From Anaerolineae bacterium (GTDB taxonomy: Bacteria > Chloroflexota > Anaerolineae > Anaerolineales > UBA4823), in the NCBI GenBank assembly GCA_041301395.1, contig JBFYSP010000139.1:1-55187 (forward strand): 55,187 bases of DNA, written 5' to 3'. The first letter of the stretch is position 1. Every line of letters begins with the position of its first letter. Below the pieces are notes generated by a model. The model searched no databases and had not been told where the DNA came from. It saw nothing but the letters and a program-made list of their open reading frames with translations. Made by a program: the position numbers and the translations under genes. This document shows, piece by piece, positions 18,418 to 27,220 of this stretch.

Positions 18418-18690
18418 ATGAACGTTGGAATGCTTTGGTTCGATAATGACCCCAAAACGGAGCTGGCGCTCAAGATTGAGCGAGCAGTAGGGTACTACCG
18501 GCAAAAATACGGGCGCTCCCCGACACTGTGCTTCGTACACCCCAGCATGATTGCAAAAACTGCAGCCCCTGCGCCGGAAGCGGAGGCAGAAGTACCACTA
18601 AAGGCCGCGGGGGTAGAGGTGCGCTCCAGCCGCTCGGTGCTGCCCAACCATTTCTGGCTGGGCGTGAACGGTCCGATTAACGCGGCATAA
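18418..18690 (+). CDS. Hypothetical small protein (about 90 aa), coupled to the FtsK-like gene
   Basis: ATG 18412 overlaps the upstream stop (ATGA). ATG 18418 has GGAGG 7 nt upstream. MNVGMLWFDNDPKTELALKIERAVGYYRQKYG... matches no family I recognise. Confidence 0.5.
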   Translation: MNVGMLWFDNDPKTELALKIERAVGYYRQKYGRSPTLCFVHPSMIAKTAAPAPEAEAEVPLKAAGVEVRSSRSVLPNHFWLGVNGPINAA

Positions 18691-19687
18691 TCGTCAGCCC
18701 CGCCACCAGTGTTTCCAGGGCCAGCTCATCGCTCATTTGGCTGGTTTTCACGGCCAAGTCCATCTCCAGCAGGCGGTGGTAAATATCCTCCAGGGCAGGT
18801 AGCGTGATCTGGCGCGCCTGTTGGCTGATCTTGCCGGCTACAAAAGGATGGATTCCCACCAGGCGGGCTACATCGGCTTCGGAGGCCCCGCCATCCAGCA
18901 GCTCGCGCGCCTGCAGCAGTAAGCGGAACTGGCGCACTACCATACTGAAAATCCGCTGGGCATCCTCCTGCTCCAACAGCTTTTGAAGCAGATTGATTGC
19001 CTGCTGCCCATTGCGCATCCCGATGGCGTCTACTAAATCAAAGATATTCTTTTCGGCGGTATCGGCAGTAAGTAAAAGGACATCATCGACTTCGACCGCG
19101 CGCCGGTAGTTGACGTAAGCCAGCAGTTTTTCGATCTCCTGCTCGGCGCGGCGAGAATCGCCCCCGACCAGATCGCCGAGCCTGGCAGCGGCGGGAACCT
19201 CGAATTGGCCGCCCAGCTCCCGGGCACGTGACTGAATCCACTGGCCAAGAGAAACGCCTTTCGGTTGAACAAATTGGCGCAGGAATACCCGATCGCCGGC
19301 GGAAGCCGCCCACTGCTCCAGCCAGTGGAGCTTGCCTTTCTTGCGGTCGCGGTCTTCGGTCAGCGGGCGCTTTTCAGCCAGCACCAGGGCGGTGGTAGGA
19401 GGCAGGTTGTCCAGTTGGCTCAAAAATTTTTGGCGTGTATCCGCGGCCTCAAGGCGGGCCAGCGGGTGTTCCAGTATGACGATACGTCGTTTGGCCAGAA
19501 AAGGCATCACCCCGGCAATTGAGAGCAACTCATCGGGGTTGAAGCTGCGCCCGTCCAGGCGAGTAACATTCATAGCCGCCAGGGAAGCATCGCCAAGCTT
19601 CGATTCTAGCTCATCGATGAAGCGGGCGATGGCGAACTCGTCGTCGCCGTGCAGCAGGTAAACGACTGGAGCGCCGGCCACAATCAA
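18677..19687 (-). CDS. holA: DNA polymerase III subunit delta
   Basis: PVVYLLHGDDEFAI...VTRLDG....PFLAKRRIVIL pattern, with HolA-like length. Confidence 0.8.
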   Translation of the reverse strand: MIVAGAPVVYLLHGDDEFAIARFIDELESKLGDASLAAMNVTRLDGRSFNPDELLSIAGVMPFLAKRRIVILEHPLARLEAADTRQKFLSQLDNLPPTTALVLAEKRPLTEDRDRKKGKLHWLEQWAASAGDRVFLRQFVQPKGVSLGQWIQSRARELGGQFEVPAAARLGDLVGGDSRRAEQEIEKLLAYVNYRRAVEVDDVLLLTADTAEKNIFDLVDAIGMRNGQQAINLLQKLLEQEDAQRIFSMVVRQFRLLLQARELLDGGASEADVARLVGIHPFVAGKISQQARQITLPALEDIYHRLLEMDLAVKTSQMSDELALETLVAGLTIMPR

Positions 19688-20232
19688 CCTGCCGTGATCA
19701 CCCGGTGACTGATAATCCCCTTCAGGGGCGTTGCTCCACCACGCTGTACGATGCGAATTTCCACCACGCGCAGGTCACCCGGCTCGCCGGAAGTCGTGAC
19801 GCGCTCCTGGAGCATCAGGCCCAACGGCTGGGCCACGATCAGGGCAACGGTGGCCAGCATCATGGCCAGGGGCAAGCGGTCGAAGGTATCGCGCAAGCGG
19901 CGCCCGGCGCCCAACATTGCCAATCCGGCAGCTGCGCCGGCCAGAACCCCGCTGGTGACAAAGTTCGTACCACAGTTGGGGTGCACGGCCAGCTTCACCT
20001 CTCCGTTGCGCATACGCTGCAGCGCTTCGGCAATGGCCGACTGCAGGTCTTCGGTCGAGACGTTCCCGACGATCCAGAAACCATTAATATCGGAGTGTCC
20101 AGCCAGGGGCTGGTTGGGGTAGCGCCGCCCTAAAATGTGCAGGGTGGCGTGCTCCAAACCGTGATTGCGTCGGACTCGCGAGACCAAGTCGCTATCCAGG
20201 ATCGAGCGGCTGCTCAGTTGTTGTGCGGACAT
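19684..20232 (-). CDS. Conserved-looking hypothetical membrane protein with His/Cys motifs
   Basis: RNHGLEHATLHIL and HPNCGTNF motifs, followed by two hydrophobic helices. The 4-nt overlap with the holA start suggests co-translation. Confidence 0.55.
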   Translation of the reverse strand: MSAQQLSSRSILDSDLVSRVRRNHGLEHATLHILGRRYPNQPLAGHSDINGFWIVGNVSTEDLQSAIAEALQRMRNGEVKLAVHPNCGTNFVTSGVLAGAAAGLAMLGAGRRLRDTFDRLPLAMMLATVALIVAQPLGLMLQERVTTSGEPGDLRVVEIRIVQRGGATPLKGIISHRVITAG

Positions 20233-20274
20233 CAGACCTCCATTCCAGGTTAACCCAGGTTGGGAGGGATTGTA

Positions 20275-21057
20275 TCACGGCATATTCTGGTCAGACGGTG
20301 CAGCCTCGGAAGGATTAGCGGTCATAACAGGTAGCAGGTCAGCCGCGGGAACCGCCGCGGCAGCCTTCTTTTCGGCGGGGCGGTGGGCGGTGGCCTGCAG
20401 GAAGCCGATATACATCAGGATCACGCCCAGCAGCTCGCTGATATACAGCCAGTCTACCAGGCCGGCGCGGACGAAGGAGCCGGCGGTGGCCGGCATCAAG
20501 GCGCCGGCAGCGATCAGGATGTTGCCCACCACGCGGTTGATCAAGACGCGCTTACGCCAGAACAGGTAGGCTGAGTATATCGCCCCGCCCACAAGGGTGA
20601 TCGTGCCATAGATATTGAGCAGGATGGTCAGGGCAATCGTGAAACCGCCGCGTGTCAGGATGTCGTGGTACTGCTCGGAGGCAGGTTTCGTGATGTCATA
20701 AGCAGGCGCATCGGGATTAAGCGGGGCTGAGAATACCAGCCAGGCAGCCAGCAGCGAGACAACGATCAGCCCGATAGCCATCGCCCGGGCTACACCAGGC
20801 TTGCGCACCAGTAAAAACACGGTGCCCTGACCTAGCCAGGCGGCAGTGAGCATGGCGCCGCACAAATACCATAATTTCAACACAAAAGGACTGAAGGTGA
20901 AGGCAAGGATGACTTCCCCAAGGGTTCCCAATCCATAGAACACCAGGCCAATGCCCCAATAGAGAAGATGCGTGCCTTTCCGCTGGCGGTAGCGGTTGAA
21001 GACCGAGGCGGCAAAGGCAAAAGAAACGATCGTAGAAATTATAGGAATGTAGTGCAT
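20275..21057 (-). CDS. Hypothetical polytopic membrane protein (260 aa)
   Basis: About 7 hydrophobic segments and no recognised family. Confidence 0.6.
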   Translation of the reverse strand: MHYIPIISTIVSFAFAASVFNRYRQRKGTHLLYWGIGLVFYGLGTLGEVILAFTFSPFVLKLWYLCGAMLTAAWLGQGTVFLLVRKPGVARAMAIGLIVVSLLAAWLVFSAPLNPDAPAYDITKPASEQYHDILTRGGFTIALTILLNIYGTITLVGGAIYSAYLFWRKRVLINRVVGNILIAAGALMPATAGSFVRAGLVDWLYISELLGVILMYIGFLQATAHRPAEKKAAAAVPAADLLPVMTANPSEAAPSDQNMP

Positions 21058-21097
21058 CGATTACCTCTATAAACCATAGGATGGATTATCCCTGCTG

Positions 21098-21241
21098 TCA
21101 GGCGAAGGACAGGATTCCCAGTGAGTACAGAATGACAAATAATATAGTGCCGACCAGAATCAGGAGCAGGATGATCAAGGTGACAGGGATGAGAAGCTCC
21201 GACCACCGCGAGGATGTGAATCGGGTGCTCGGTCGTTTCAC
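21098..21241 (-). CDS. Unlisted 47-codon ORF encoding a single-pass membrane peptide
   Basis: My own translation is MKRPSTRFTSSRWSELLIPVTLIILLLILVGTILFVILYSLGILSFA. The GTG start at 21241 overlaps the TGA stop of the upstream gene (GTGA). It is below the 60-aa cutoff of the ORF track. Confidence 0.4.
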   Translation of the reverse strand: MKRPSTRFTSSRWSELLIPVTLIILLLILVGTILFVILYSLGILSFA

Positions 21242-21864
21242 CGGTTGACCTTGTGGTAAGCATCGTAGGTTTCCAGCAGGGCAATCATGATCTCATCGGT
21301 ATAGCTGTTGACGCGGCGGAACAGGTTGCTCCAGGCATACGGAGAGTGCACAGAAGCCGCTTCATAGACCGCTAGCATCGAATCAACCAGCAGGTTGCGG
21401 AAGAACATGAAGGCATGCACCGCTTCGACCTCGTTCAAACCGCTGCGGCGAGCCCGGTTGGCGTACTCATAGCCCATGGCCTCGGCTTCGACGCTGGCAG
21501 CTCCAGGGTCGGAGTACAGGTATGAGATCAACCCCTGCAGGAGGGTGCGCCCGCTGCGCCGGTACTGGTCGCGGGCTTCAGTATCCAGCTTAAGGTACCA
21601 GCCTTCCACTTCCAGGCGCCCTTCGCTGACCTGGAAGCGGGTGTTACGCAGAGCATTCTGCACAACCAGGCCAATATCGGCCGGCTCTTCGGCGCGCTGG
21701 GATTGCAGCCACAGCTCGATCTCGCTGCGCAGATAGCGGCGATGCCCGCCCTGGGTGCGGTGATACGGCAGCAGGCCGCGATCCGACCAGCCCCGCACCG
21801 TACTGGGGTGGATGCCCAACACGGCCGCCACCTCACTCAAACTCATCCATTGCCCATCCTTCAT
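21238..21864 (-). CDS. MerR/excisionase-type HTH DNA-binding protein with a ~140-aa helical C-terminal domain
   Basis: MSLSEVAAVLGIHPSTVRGWSDRGLLPYHRTQGGHRRY matches the MerR-like HTH_17 pattern. I do not recognise the C-terminal domain. Confidence 0.7.
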   Translation of the reverse strand: MKDGQWMSLSEVAAVLGIHPSTVRGWSDRGLLPYHRTQGGHRRYLRSEIELWLQSQRAEEPADIGLVVQNALRNTRFQVSEGRLEVEGWYLKLDTEARDQYRRSGRTLLQGLISYLYSDPGAASVEAEAMGYEYANRARRSGLNEVEAVHAFMFFRNLLVDSMLAVYEAASVHSPYAWSNLFRRVNSYTDEIMIALLETYDAYHKVNR

Positions 21865-21894
21865 AGGAATATCAGGTCTCCAATCATCCAGGGA

Positions 21895-23232
21895 TCAGAC
21901 TTCTTGTGCGGCAGCCGCGCGTTCAACCAGTGAGGGGCTTTCAGCCTGCCGGCGGAAGGCATTCACATCGATGGTATGCAGCAGCGCCAGGGAGGCCAGC
22001 AGCAGGCCGGCCAGCATGAGGAATACAACCACATAACCGGTAACAGGGCTGCCGGCGAACTGGTTAATGGCATCCCGCACCAGCCCACTCAACACAGACC
22101 CCATCAGGCGGGCGACGGCGTTGGCCATGCCCCAGACGCCGATGAAGAGGCCCACTTTGCCGGGGATGGTCATGTCCAGCATCAAAGACAGGTTGGAGAC
22201 GGTCGCCAGGCCGGTGGCAATACCCAGCACGACGACTCCACTGTAAAACACGCTCGTGCTCGCCATCAGGCCGCTGGCTGCAATCAGGATGAAGGCCAGG
22301 ATGGCGCCCCAGCCGCCCAGCCGGACCATGCTGCGCTTGGCGATGCGCGTCTCCAGGGCGCCGGCGATGAGCAGCGAAACCAGGAAACACACTCCCCACA
22401 AAGCGGTAATACGGGTGGTGACGTTGACCGGCATGCCAAAGGCCTCGGCGGCGAACGGCTCCAGCAGCACATCCTGCCCCAGGATGGCGGCCAGCATGAG
22501 GATCAGGTACCAGAAAAAACGGGTAACCTGGCGGTTCTCACGCACCACGCCAAAGAGCCGGCGCCAGGACTGGCGCTCGGCATGATCCGGGCCAATCGGG
22601 CTGGCGATTTCACCGACTGCGTCGCGGCGAGAGGTGAGGCGGGGTTCTAGGCCAATCAATCCGATCAGGCCCAACACCAACGCCAAAAGCGCCACGCTGC
22701 GGAAAGCACTCTCCAGCGCGGCGGGCGAGTAGGGCTCCAGCAGGCGGCCAAGGCCGATCGAGGTGGCAATGATGCCCACGATCATGATGAAGAACATGAT
22801 TGAAATGGTGCGAGAGCGGCCGCGCTCGCCGGAAAGCTCGGAGGCCAGGGAAAAGTAGGAAACGGTGGCAAAATTAAAGCCCATCCCCCAGGCGCCAAAT
22901 ACCAGCACGCCCAAAGCCAGCCCGGCCCAGAAATTCTCCGCCATCAGGTAAGCCGTCGCCGGGGAGGCAATCACACCTACGACGCACAGCAGCAGGCCAA
23001 TCACGATGTATGGAGAACGACGGTAGCCCAGCAGCGGGTTGCGATCGGAGAAAGAACCGATGGCTACCTGGATAGGCGAAAACAGGTACGGCAGCGAAGC
23101 CAGCAAGGCGACCAGAGCGGCCGAGAAAGCCAGCTCCTTGATCATCACTCGATTCAGGGTGCCGTTGATGGGCACCAGGGTCATGGCGACTGCTACGTGG
23201 ATCAAGCCAATTTGCACACGCTTCCAAAACAT
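21895..23232 (-). CDS. BCD (PucC/LhaA-like) family MFS transporter
   Basis: IGLIHVAVAMTLVPINGTLNRVMIKEL...LPYLFSPIQVAIGSFSDR is the characteristic PucC-family N-terminus. About 12 TM segments. Confidence 0.7.
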   Translation of the reverse strand: MFWKRVQIGLIHVAVAMTLVPINGTLNRVMIKELAFSAALVALLASLPYLFSPIQVAIGSFSDRNPLLGYRRSPYIVIGLLLCVVGVIASPATAYLMAENFWAGLALGVLVFGAWGMGFNFATVSYFSLASELSGERGRSRTISIMFFIMIVGIIATSIGLGRLLEPYSPAALESAFRSVALLALVLGLIGLIGLEPRLTSRRDAVGEIASPIGPDHAERQSWRRLFGVVRENRQVTRFFWYLILMLAAILGQDVLLEPFAAEAFGMPVNVTTRITALWGVCFLVSLLIAGALETRIAKRSMVRLGGWGAILAFILIAASGLMASTSVFYSGVVVLGIATGLATVSNLSLMLDMTIPGKVGLFIGVWGMANAVARLMGSVLSGLVRDAINQFAGSPVTGYVVVFLMLAGLLLASLALLHTIDVNAFRRQAESPSLVERAAAAQEV

Positions 23233-23252
23233 ACACGGACTCCCGACTACAG

Positions 23253-23323
23253 GTAGATGACGACTTGCACAATACCCAAATCTACCAGAAATTATAGCCG
23301 GGTCAATGTAGATTTACGTAGAT
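23253..23323. promoter_or_regulatory. Cluster of GTAGAT/ATCTAC hexamers upstream of the PucC-like gene
   Basis: GTAGAT at 23253, 23308 and 23318 (the last two as GTAGATTT direct repeats 10 bp apart). An inverted ATCTAC sits at 23280. Confidence 0.4.
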
Positions 23324-23392
23324 TTTATATAAGGGATAATGAGCAGAGGTGGCGCGGCGATCAGTCGCTGCGGCTTTCGGAGGCCAGGGCAG

Positions 23393-24844
23393 TTAATCCG
23401 AGCGAGATTCAGGAACCAGAGCGGCCTCGAGGGCCTGGCGCAGGGAGTGTGCTTCCACGATCTGAAGCGTATCGGGCCAGGGCTCACCGCGGCGCAGGCG
23501 GCGGGGGACGATGGCGGTGCGAAAGCCCAGGTTGGCGGCTTCGCGCAGGCGGGCGGGCATCTGGCCGACCATGCGCAGCTCGCCGGAGAGGCCAATCTCG
23601 CCAATCAGGACAGCATCGGCTTTGACCGGCAGGTTGCGCATGGAGGAGGCAATTGCCACCGCCACAGCCAGGTCGGCGGCGGGTTCGTCGACAGTAAAGC
23701 CGCCCACCACGTTAACATACACATCCTGCTCGCCCATGTGCAGCCCGATGCGGCGGCTGAGAACGGCAGCGATCAGCAGCAGGCGGTTGAAATCCACCCC
23801 GTTGGGGGTGCGGCGGGGGTTGCCAAACGAGGTGGGGCTGGTGAGCCCCTGGATTTCGACCAGCAGGGGGCGGGTGCCCTCCATGGTAACAGCGATGGCC
23901 GAGCCGGGGGCGTTGATCATGCGCTCAGCCAGGAAGGCCTCGGATGGGTTGGTCACTTCCACCAGGCCGCGCTCGCGCATCTCGAAAACACCGACTTCCG
24001 AGGTGGCGCCAAAGCGGTTCTTCACCGAACGCAGCAGGCGGAAGGACTGGAAGCGGTCGCCCTCCAGGTAGAGGACGGTATCGACAATGTGCTCGAGGAC
24101 GCGCGGCCCGGCAATGGTGCCTTCCTTGGTGACATGGCCGATCAGGAAAACGGTCAGGCCGGAGGATTTCGCTAGCTCGCGCAGGCGCCCGGCCGACTCC
24201 CGCACCTGGGTCACGGAGCCGGCCAGCGATTCCAGCTCGGGCAGATAGGTGGTCTGCACCGAGTCGAGGATCAACAGGCGGGGCTTTACCTCGATAATGT
24301 GCTCGAGGATGACGCTCAGGTTGGTTTCGGTGACCAGGAAAAGATCGTCGGGGATATCAGTTTCCGGAGGCGCATCCGGTGCAGCGTGAGTCGCGGGTTC
24401 TGCATCGCCATCCGGGGTGCGCAGCAGGCGCACGGCGCGCATCTTGATCTGGCGCTCGGATTCTTCGCCGGAAACATACAGCACGCGGGAATCGCGGGCC
24501 ATTACCAACGCAACCTGCAGCAGCAAGGTGGATTTACCAATTCCAGGGTCGCCGCCAATGAGGACGACAGAGCCGGGCACAACGCCGCCGCCCAGGACAC
24601 GGGCAAATTCGCCAATCGCTACCGGCTGGCGCTCTTCGCCATCATTGCTGATCTCGGACAGGCGTCGCGGGCTTGAGCGCCCGCCGAGCCCACGGTTGGC
24701 ATGCGCCGAGGCTGCCGGGGGTGTATCGGCAACCACTTCCTCGACCATACTGTTCCAGGCGTTGCACTGCGGGCAGCGCCCCATCTGGCGGGGCGCAATC
24801 CGTCCACATTCCTGGCAAACATACTGGGTGCGAACCTTGGGCAT
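23393..24844 (-). CDS. radA: DNA repair protein RadA/Sms
   Basis: N-terminal zinc ribbon YVCQECG...CPQCNAWNS, Walker A GGDPGIGKST, the KNRFG motif, and a Lon-like C-terminal domain. Confidence 0.95.
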   Translation of the reverse strand: MPKVRTQYVCQECGRIAPRQMGRCPQCNAWNSMVEEVVADTPPAASAHANRGLGGRSSPRRLSEISNDGEERQPVAIGEFARVLGGGVVPGSVVLIGGDPGIGKSTLLLQVALVMARDSRVLYVSGEESERQIKMRAVRLLRTPDGDAEPATHAAPDAPPETDIPDDLFLVTETNLSVILEHIIEVKPRLLILDSVQTTYLPELESLAGSVTQVRESAGRLRELAKSSGLTVFLIGHVTKEGTIAGPRVLEHIVDTVLYLEGDRFQSFRLLRSVKNRFGATSEVGVFEMRERGLVEVTNPSEAFLAERMINAPGSAIAVTMEGTRPLLVEIQGLTSPTSFGNPRRTPNGVDFNRLLLIAAVLSRRIGLHMGEQDVYVNVVGGFTVDEPAADLAVAVAIASSMRNLPVKADAVLIGEIGLSGELRMVGQMPARLREAANLGFRTAIVPRRLRRGEPWPDTLQIVEAHSLRQALEAALVPESRSD

Positions 24845-24852
24845 GGCTTATT

Positions 24853-25890
24853 TTACTGGGTTTCGGTCACTTTCTGGATGCTGCGCGGTGCTTCGGTACT
24901 GTAGCCTTTCGCCAAAGTGAGGTGATAGGCAAATAGCTGCGCCGGGACAATACTCACCAGGGGGGTGAGCCACTCGGGGACGCCCGCTGGCAACGGAATG
25001 GGCGATTGGGCCAGGGACAAGGCTTCGTCCGAATCGGAGATCACGACCAGCTCGGCCTTGTGCTGCTTACTCAGATAACGGAGCAGGTCCAGCAGAGCGT
25101 CAAGCACATGGCCGCGGACGGCCACGACCATGACAGGGAAACCCTGGGCGATCATGGCGATCGGGCCGTGCAGGAAATCGGCTGAGGAGTATGGCTCGGC
25201 AACCACGTAAGTTAATTCTTTTAGTTTGAGTGACCATTCAAAAGCCGTGGCGTAATTGTAGCCCCGGCCGATGACCACACAGTGCTGCATAAAGCGGTAG
25301 CGGGGGGTCATGCGCACCAGGTCGTCATCCAGAGCCAGCGCCTGGGCTACCCAACCAGGGAGACGGGTCAATTCATCCCAGCGCTGCGGTGAGCCGTCAA
25401 GTGCGGTGGAGAGCATGGCGATAGCCATCAGCTCGGCCGTATAGGTCTTGGTGGCAGCCACGGCGTTCTCTGTACCGGCCTGAATATCCAGCACCATGTC
25501 AGCCGCCCGGGCCAGCGGCGAGCCGGGCAGGTTGGTGATTGCCAGGGTCAGGCAGCCCTGACGCCGGCCTTCTTCAATCACGCTGACGATATCCGGCGAC
25601 TGGCCGGATTGGGAAACCCCGATGACCAGGGCATCCTTCAGGCGGGGCGGCTGATGGTAATATGTGAACAGGGAGGGAGTGGCCAGGGCCAGAGGCAGGC
25701 CGTTGGCAGCGCCCCACAGGTAATTGGCATAGCGCCCGGCATTGTCCGAGGTGCCGCGGGCTGCCAGGAATGCATAGGAGATTTGCCGCCGGTGGATTTC
25801 TTCTGCAATGGCCTCAACTGCCGGTCGCTGCGTGCGCAGCAGGCGCTCCAGGCTAGCAGGCTGCTCAAAAATCTCGGCGTGCAGGGTCAT
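24853..25890 (-). CDS. SIS-domain sugar isomerase/deaminase (GlmS C-terminal-like; probable NagB-II glucosamine-6-P deaminase)
   Basis: Two SIS repeats (ARGTSDNAG..., GVSQSGQSPD). No glutaminase domain. Located directly downstream of nagA. Confidence 0.7.
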   Translation of the reverse strand: MTLHAEIFEQPASLERLLRTQRPAVEAIAEEIHRRQISYAFLAARGTSDNAGRYANYLWGAANGLPLALATPSLFTYYHQPPRLKDALVIGVSQSGQSPDIVSVIEEGRRQGCLTLAITNLPGSPLARAADMVLDIQAGTENAVAATKTYTAELMAIAMLSTALDGSPQRWDELTRLPGWVAQALALDDDLVRMTPRYRFMQHCVVIGRGYNYATAFEWSLKLKELTYVVAEPYSSADFLHGPIAMIAQGFPVMVVAVRGHVLDALLDLLRYLSKQHKAELVVISDSDEALSLAQSPIPLPAGVPEWLTPLVSIVPAQLFAYHLTLAKGYSTEAPRSIQKVTETQ

Positions 25891-25892
25891 GA

Positions 25893-27095
25893 TTATAAAT
25901 CCAGGTGGCGAATCTGCTCCAGGCGAATCCGATCCGGCTCGTTGTTATAGACGATCCGGCCGCGGGCAATAGTCATGACCACCTGCCCCTGGGGGGTTAA
26001 AAGTGTCAGGTCGGCGTCGGCGCCAGGGCGGATGACACCCTTATTCTGCAGATTAAGCACCCCAGCCGGGGTGGCGCTGAGAGTGGGAACCAGGTCGACG
26101 ATGCCCACACCGCTGACCTCCATCAGGTTGCGCAAGGCGGCATCCTGGGTCAGAATGCTGCCGGCCAGGGTACCGTCACTCAGGCGAGCGGTGGCCCCAT
26201 CGACCGTCACCTCCTGGTCACCCAGATTGTAAACGCCGGGCGGCATACCCAGGGCAGCCATAGCATCCGTCACCAGAGACAAGCCCTTACTGCCCTTGCT
26301 CTGCCAGGCCAGCTTCAGCATGGCAGGATGAACATGGATGCCGTCGGCAATCAGGCCAACAACCATTTGCGGGTTGGCCAACAAGGCGCCGGTCAGGCCG
26401 GGAGCGCGGTGCTCCAGGGCGGGCATGGCATTATAAAGGTGTGTGCCGCAGGTGATGCCGGCTTCGAACCCGGCAACAGCTTCCTCGTAAGAAGCCAGGG
26501 TGTGCCCGGCGCTGACGACAATGCCGCGCCGTCGCAGCTCCTTGATCATCTCCAGCGCACCGGGCAGCTCCGGGGCAAGGGTGACGAGGCGCACACCGTT
26601 CTCGACCGTCCAATGATCTATCTGCTTTAGATCGGGCTGCCGCAGGTAAGCCGGGTTGTGAGCGCCCTTCTTCCCCAGATTCAGGAAAGGCCCTTCAAAA
26701 TGCAGGCCCAAAGGCTCAGCACCCTGCCATCCGGCGGGCGGGCCCTTGACCCAAACTTCGATAGCGCGCTCAAAGACGGATAGCGGCGATGTGACAATAG
26801 TAGGCAAGAAGCTGGTCGTACCGAAGCGAGGCAGCTCGGCAGCCACCTCCCAAATGGTGCCCGGGTCCTGGGTGAAATCACGGCCAAAACCGCCGTTCAC
26901 CTGCAGGTCAATCCAGCCGGGCGATACCAGCAAACCCTTTGCGTCGATGACGCGTGCGCCAAGAGGCTGTGTCACCTGTCCAAAGGGATAGATACCGATA
27001 ATTTTGTCCCCCTGAATCCAGACCTCCGCCTGCCGGAGTGTCTGGTGACGAGTCAGCACATCGCAGCGGCGTATCGCGATGAGTTCGATGGCCAT
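25893..27095 (-). CDS. nagA: N-acetylglucosamine-6-phosphate deacetylase
   Basis: PGWIDLQVNGGFG, HFEGPFL, VSAGHT and HLYNAM motifs. Confidence 0.9.
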   Translation of the reverse strand: MAIELIAIRRCDVLTRHQTLRQAEVWIQGDKIIGIYPFGQVTQPLGARVIDAKGLLVSPGWIDLQVNGGFGRDFTQDPGTIWEVAAELPRFGTTSFLPTIVTSPLSVFERAIEVWVKGPPAGWQGAEPLGLHFEGPFLNLGKKGAHNPAYLRQPDLKQIDHWTVENGVRLVTLAPELPGALEMIKELRRRGIVVSAGHTLASYEEAVAGFEAGITCGTHLYNAMPALEHRAPGLTGALLANPQMVVGLIADGIHVHPAMLKLAWQSKGSKGLSLVTDAMAALGMPPGVYNLGDQEVTVDGATARLSDGTLAGSILTQDAALRNLMEVSGVGIVDLVPTLSATPAGVLNLQNKGVIRPGADADLTLLTPQGQVVMTIARGRIVYNNEPDRIRLEQIRHLDL

Positions 27096-27220
27096 AACTT
27101 CACCTCAACTATTAGGATAATAAACCCTGCAATGAGGGGATTATAAACGATAAAATGCCATTAGTTTAATTTCTCAAACAATTTGCGATTATCAAGAAGT
27201 CCATGCTAAAATACGTATAG

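Noticed and set aside
21039-21284. 81-aa minus-strand ORF from the track
   Set aside because: It overlaps the 3' end of the MerR-like gene and the 5' end of the 260-aa membrane protein gene, and has no motif. The alternative frame encodes a plausible coupled TM peptide (21098-21241).
21895-23232. Taking the PucC-like transporter as evidence of a photosynthesis gene cluster
   Set aside because: No bch, puf, puh or antenna genes are present in the window. BCD-family MFS proteins also occur in non-phototrophs.
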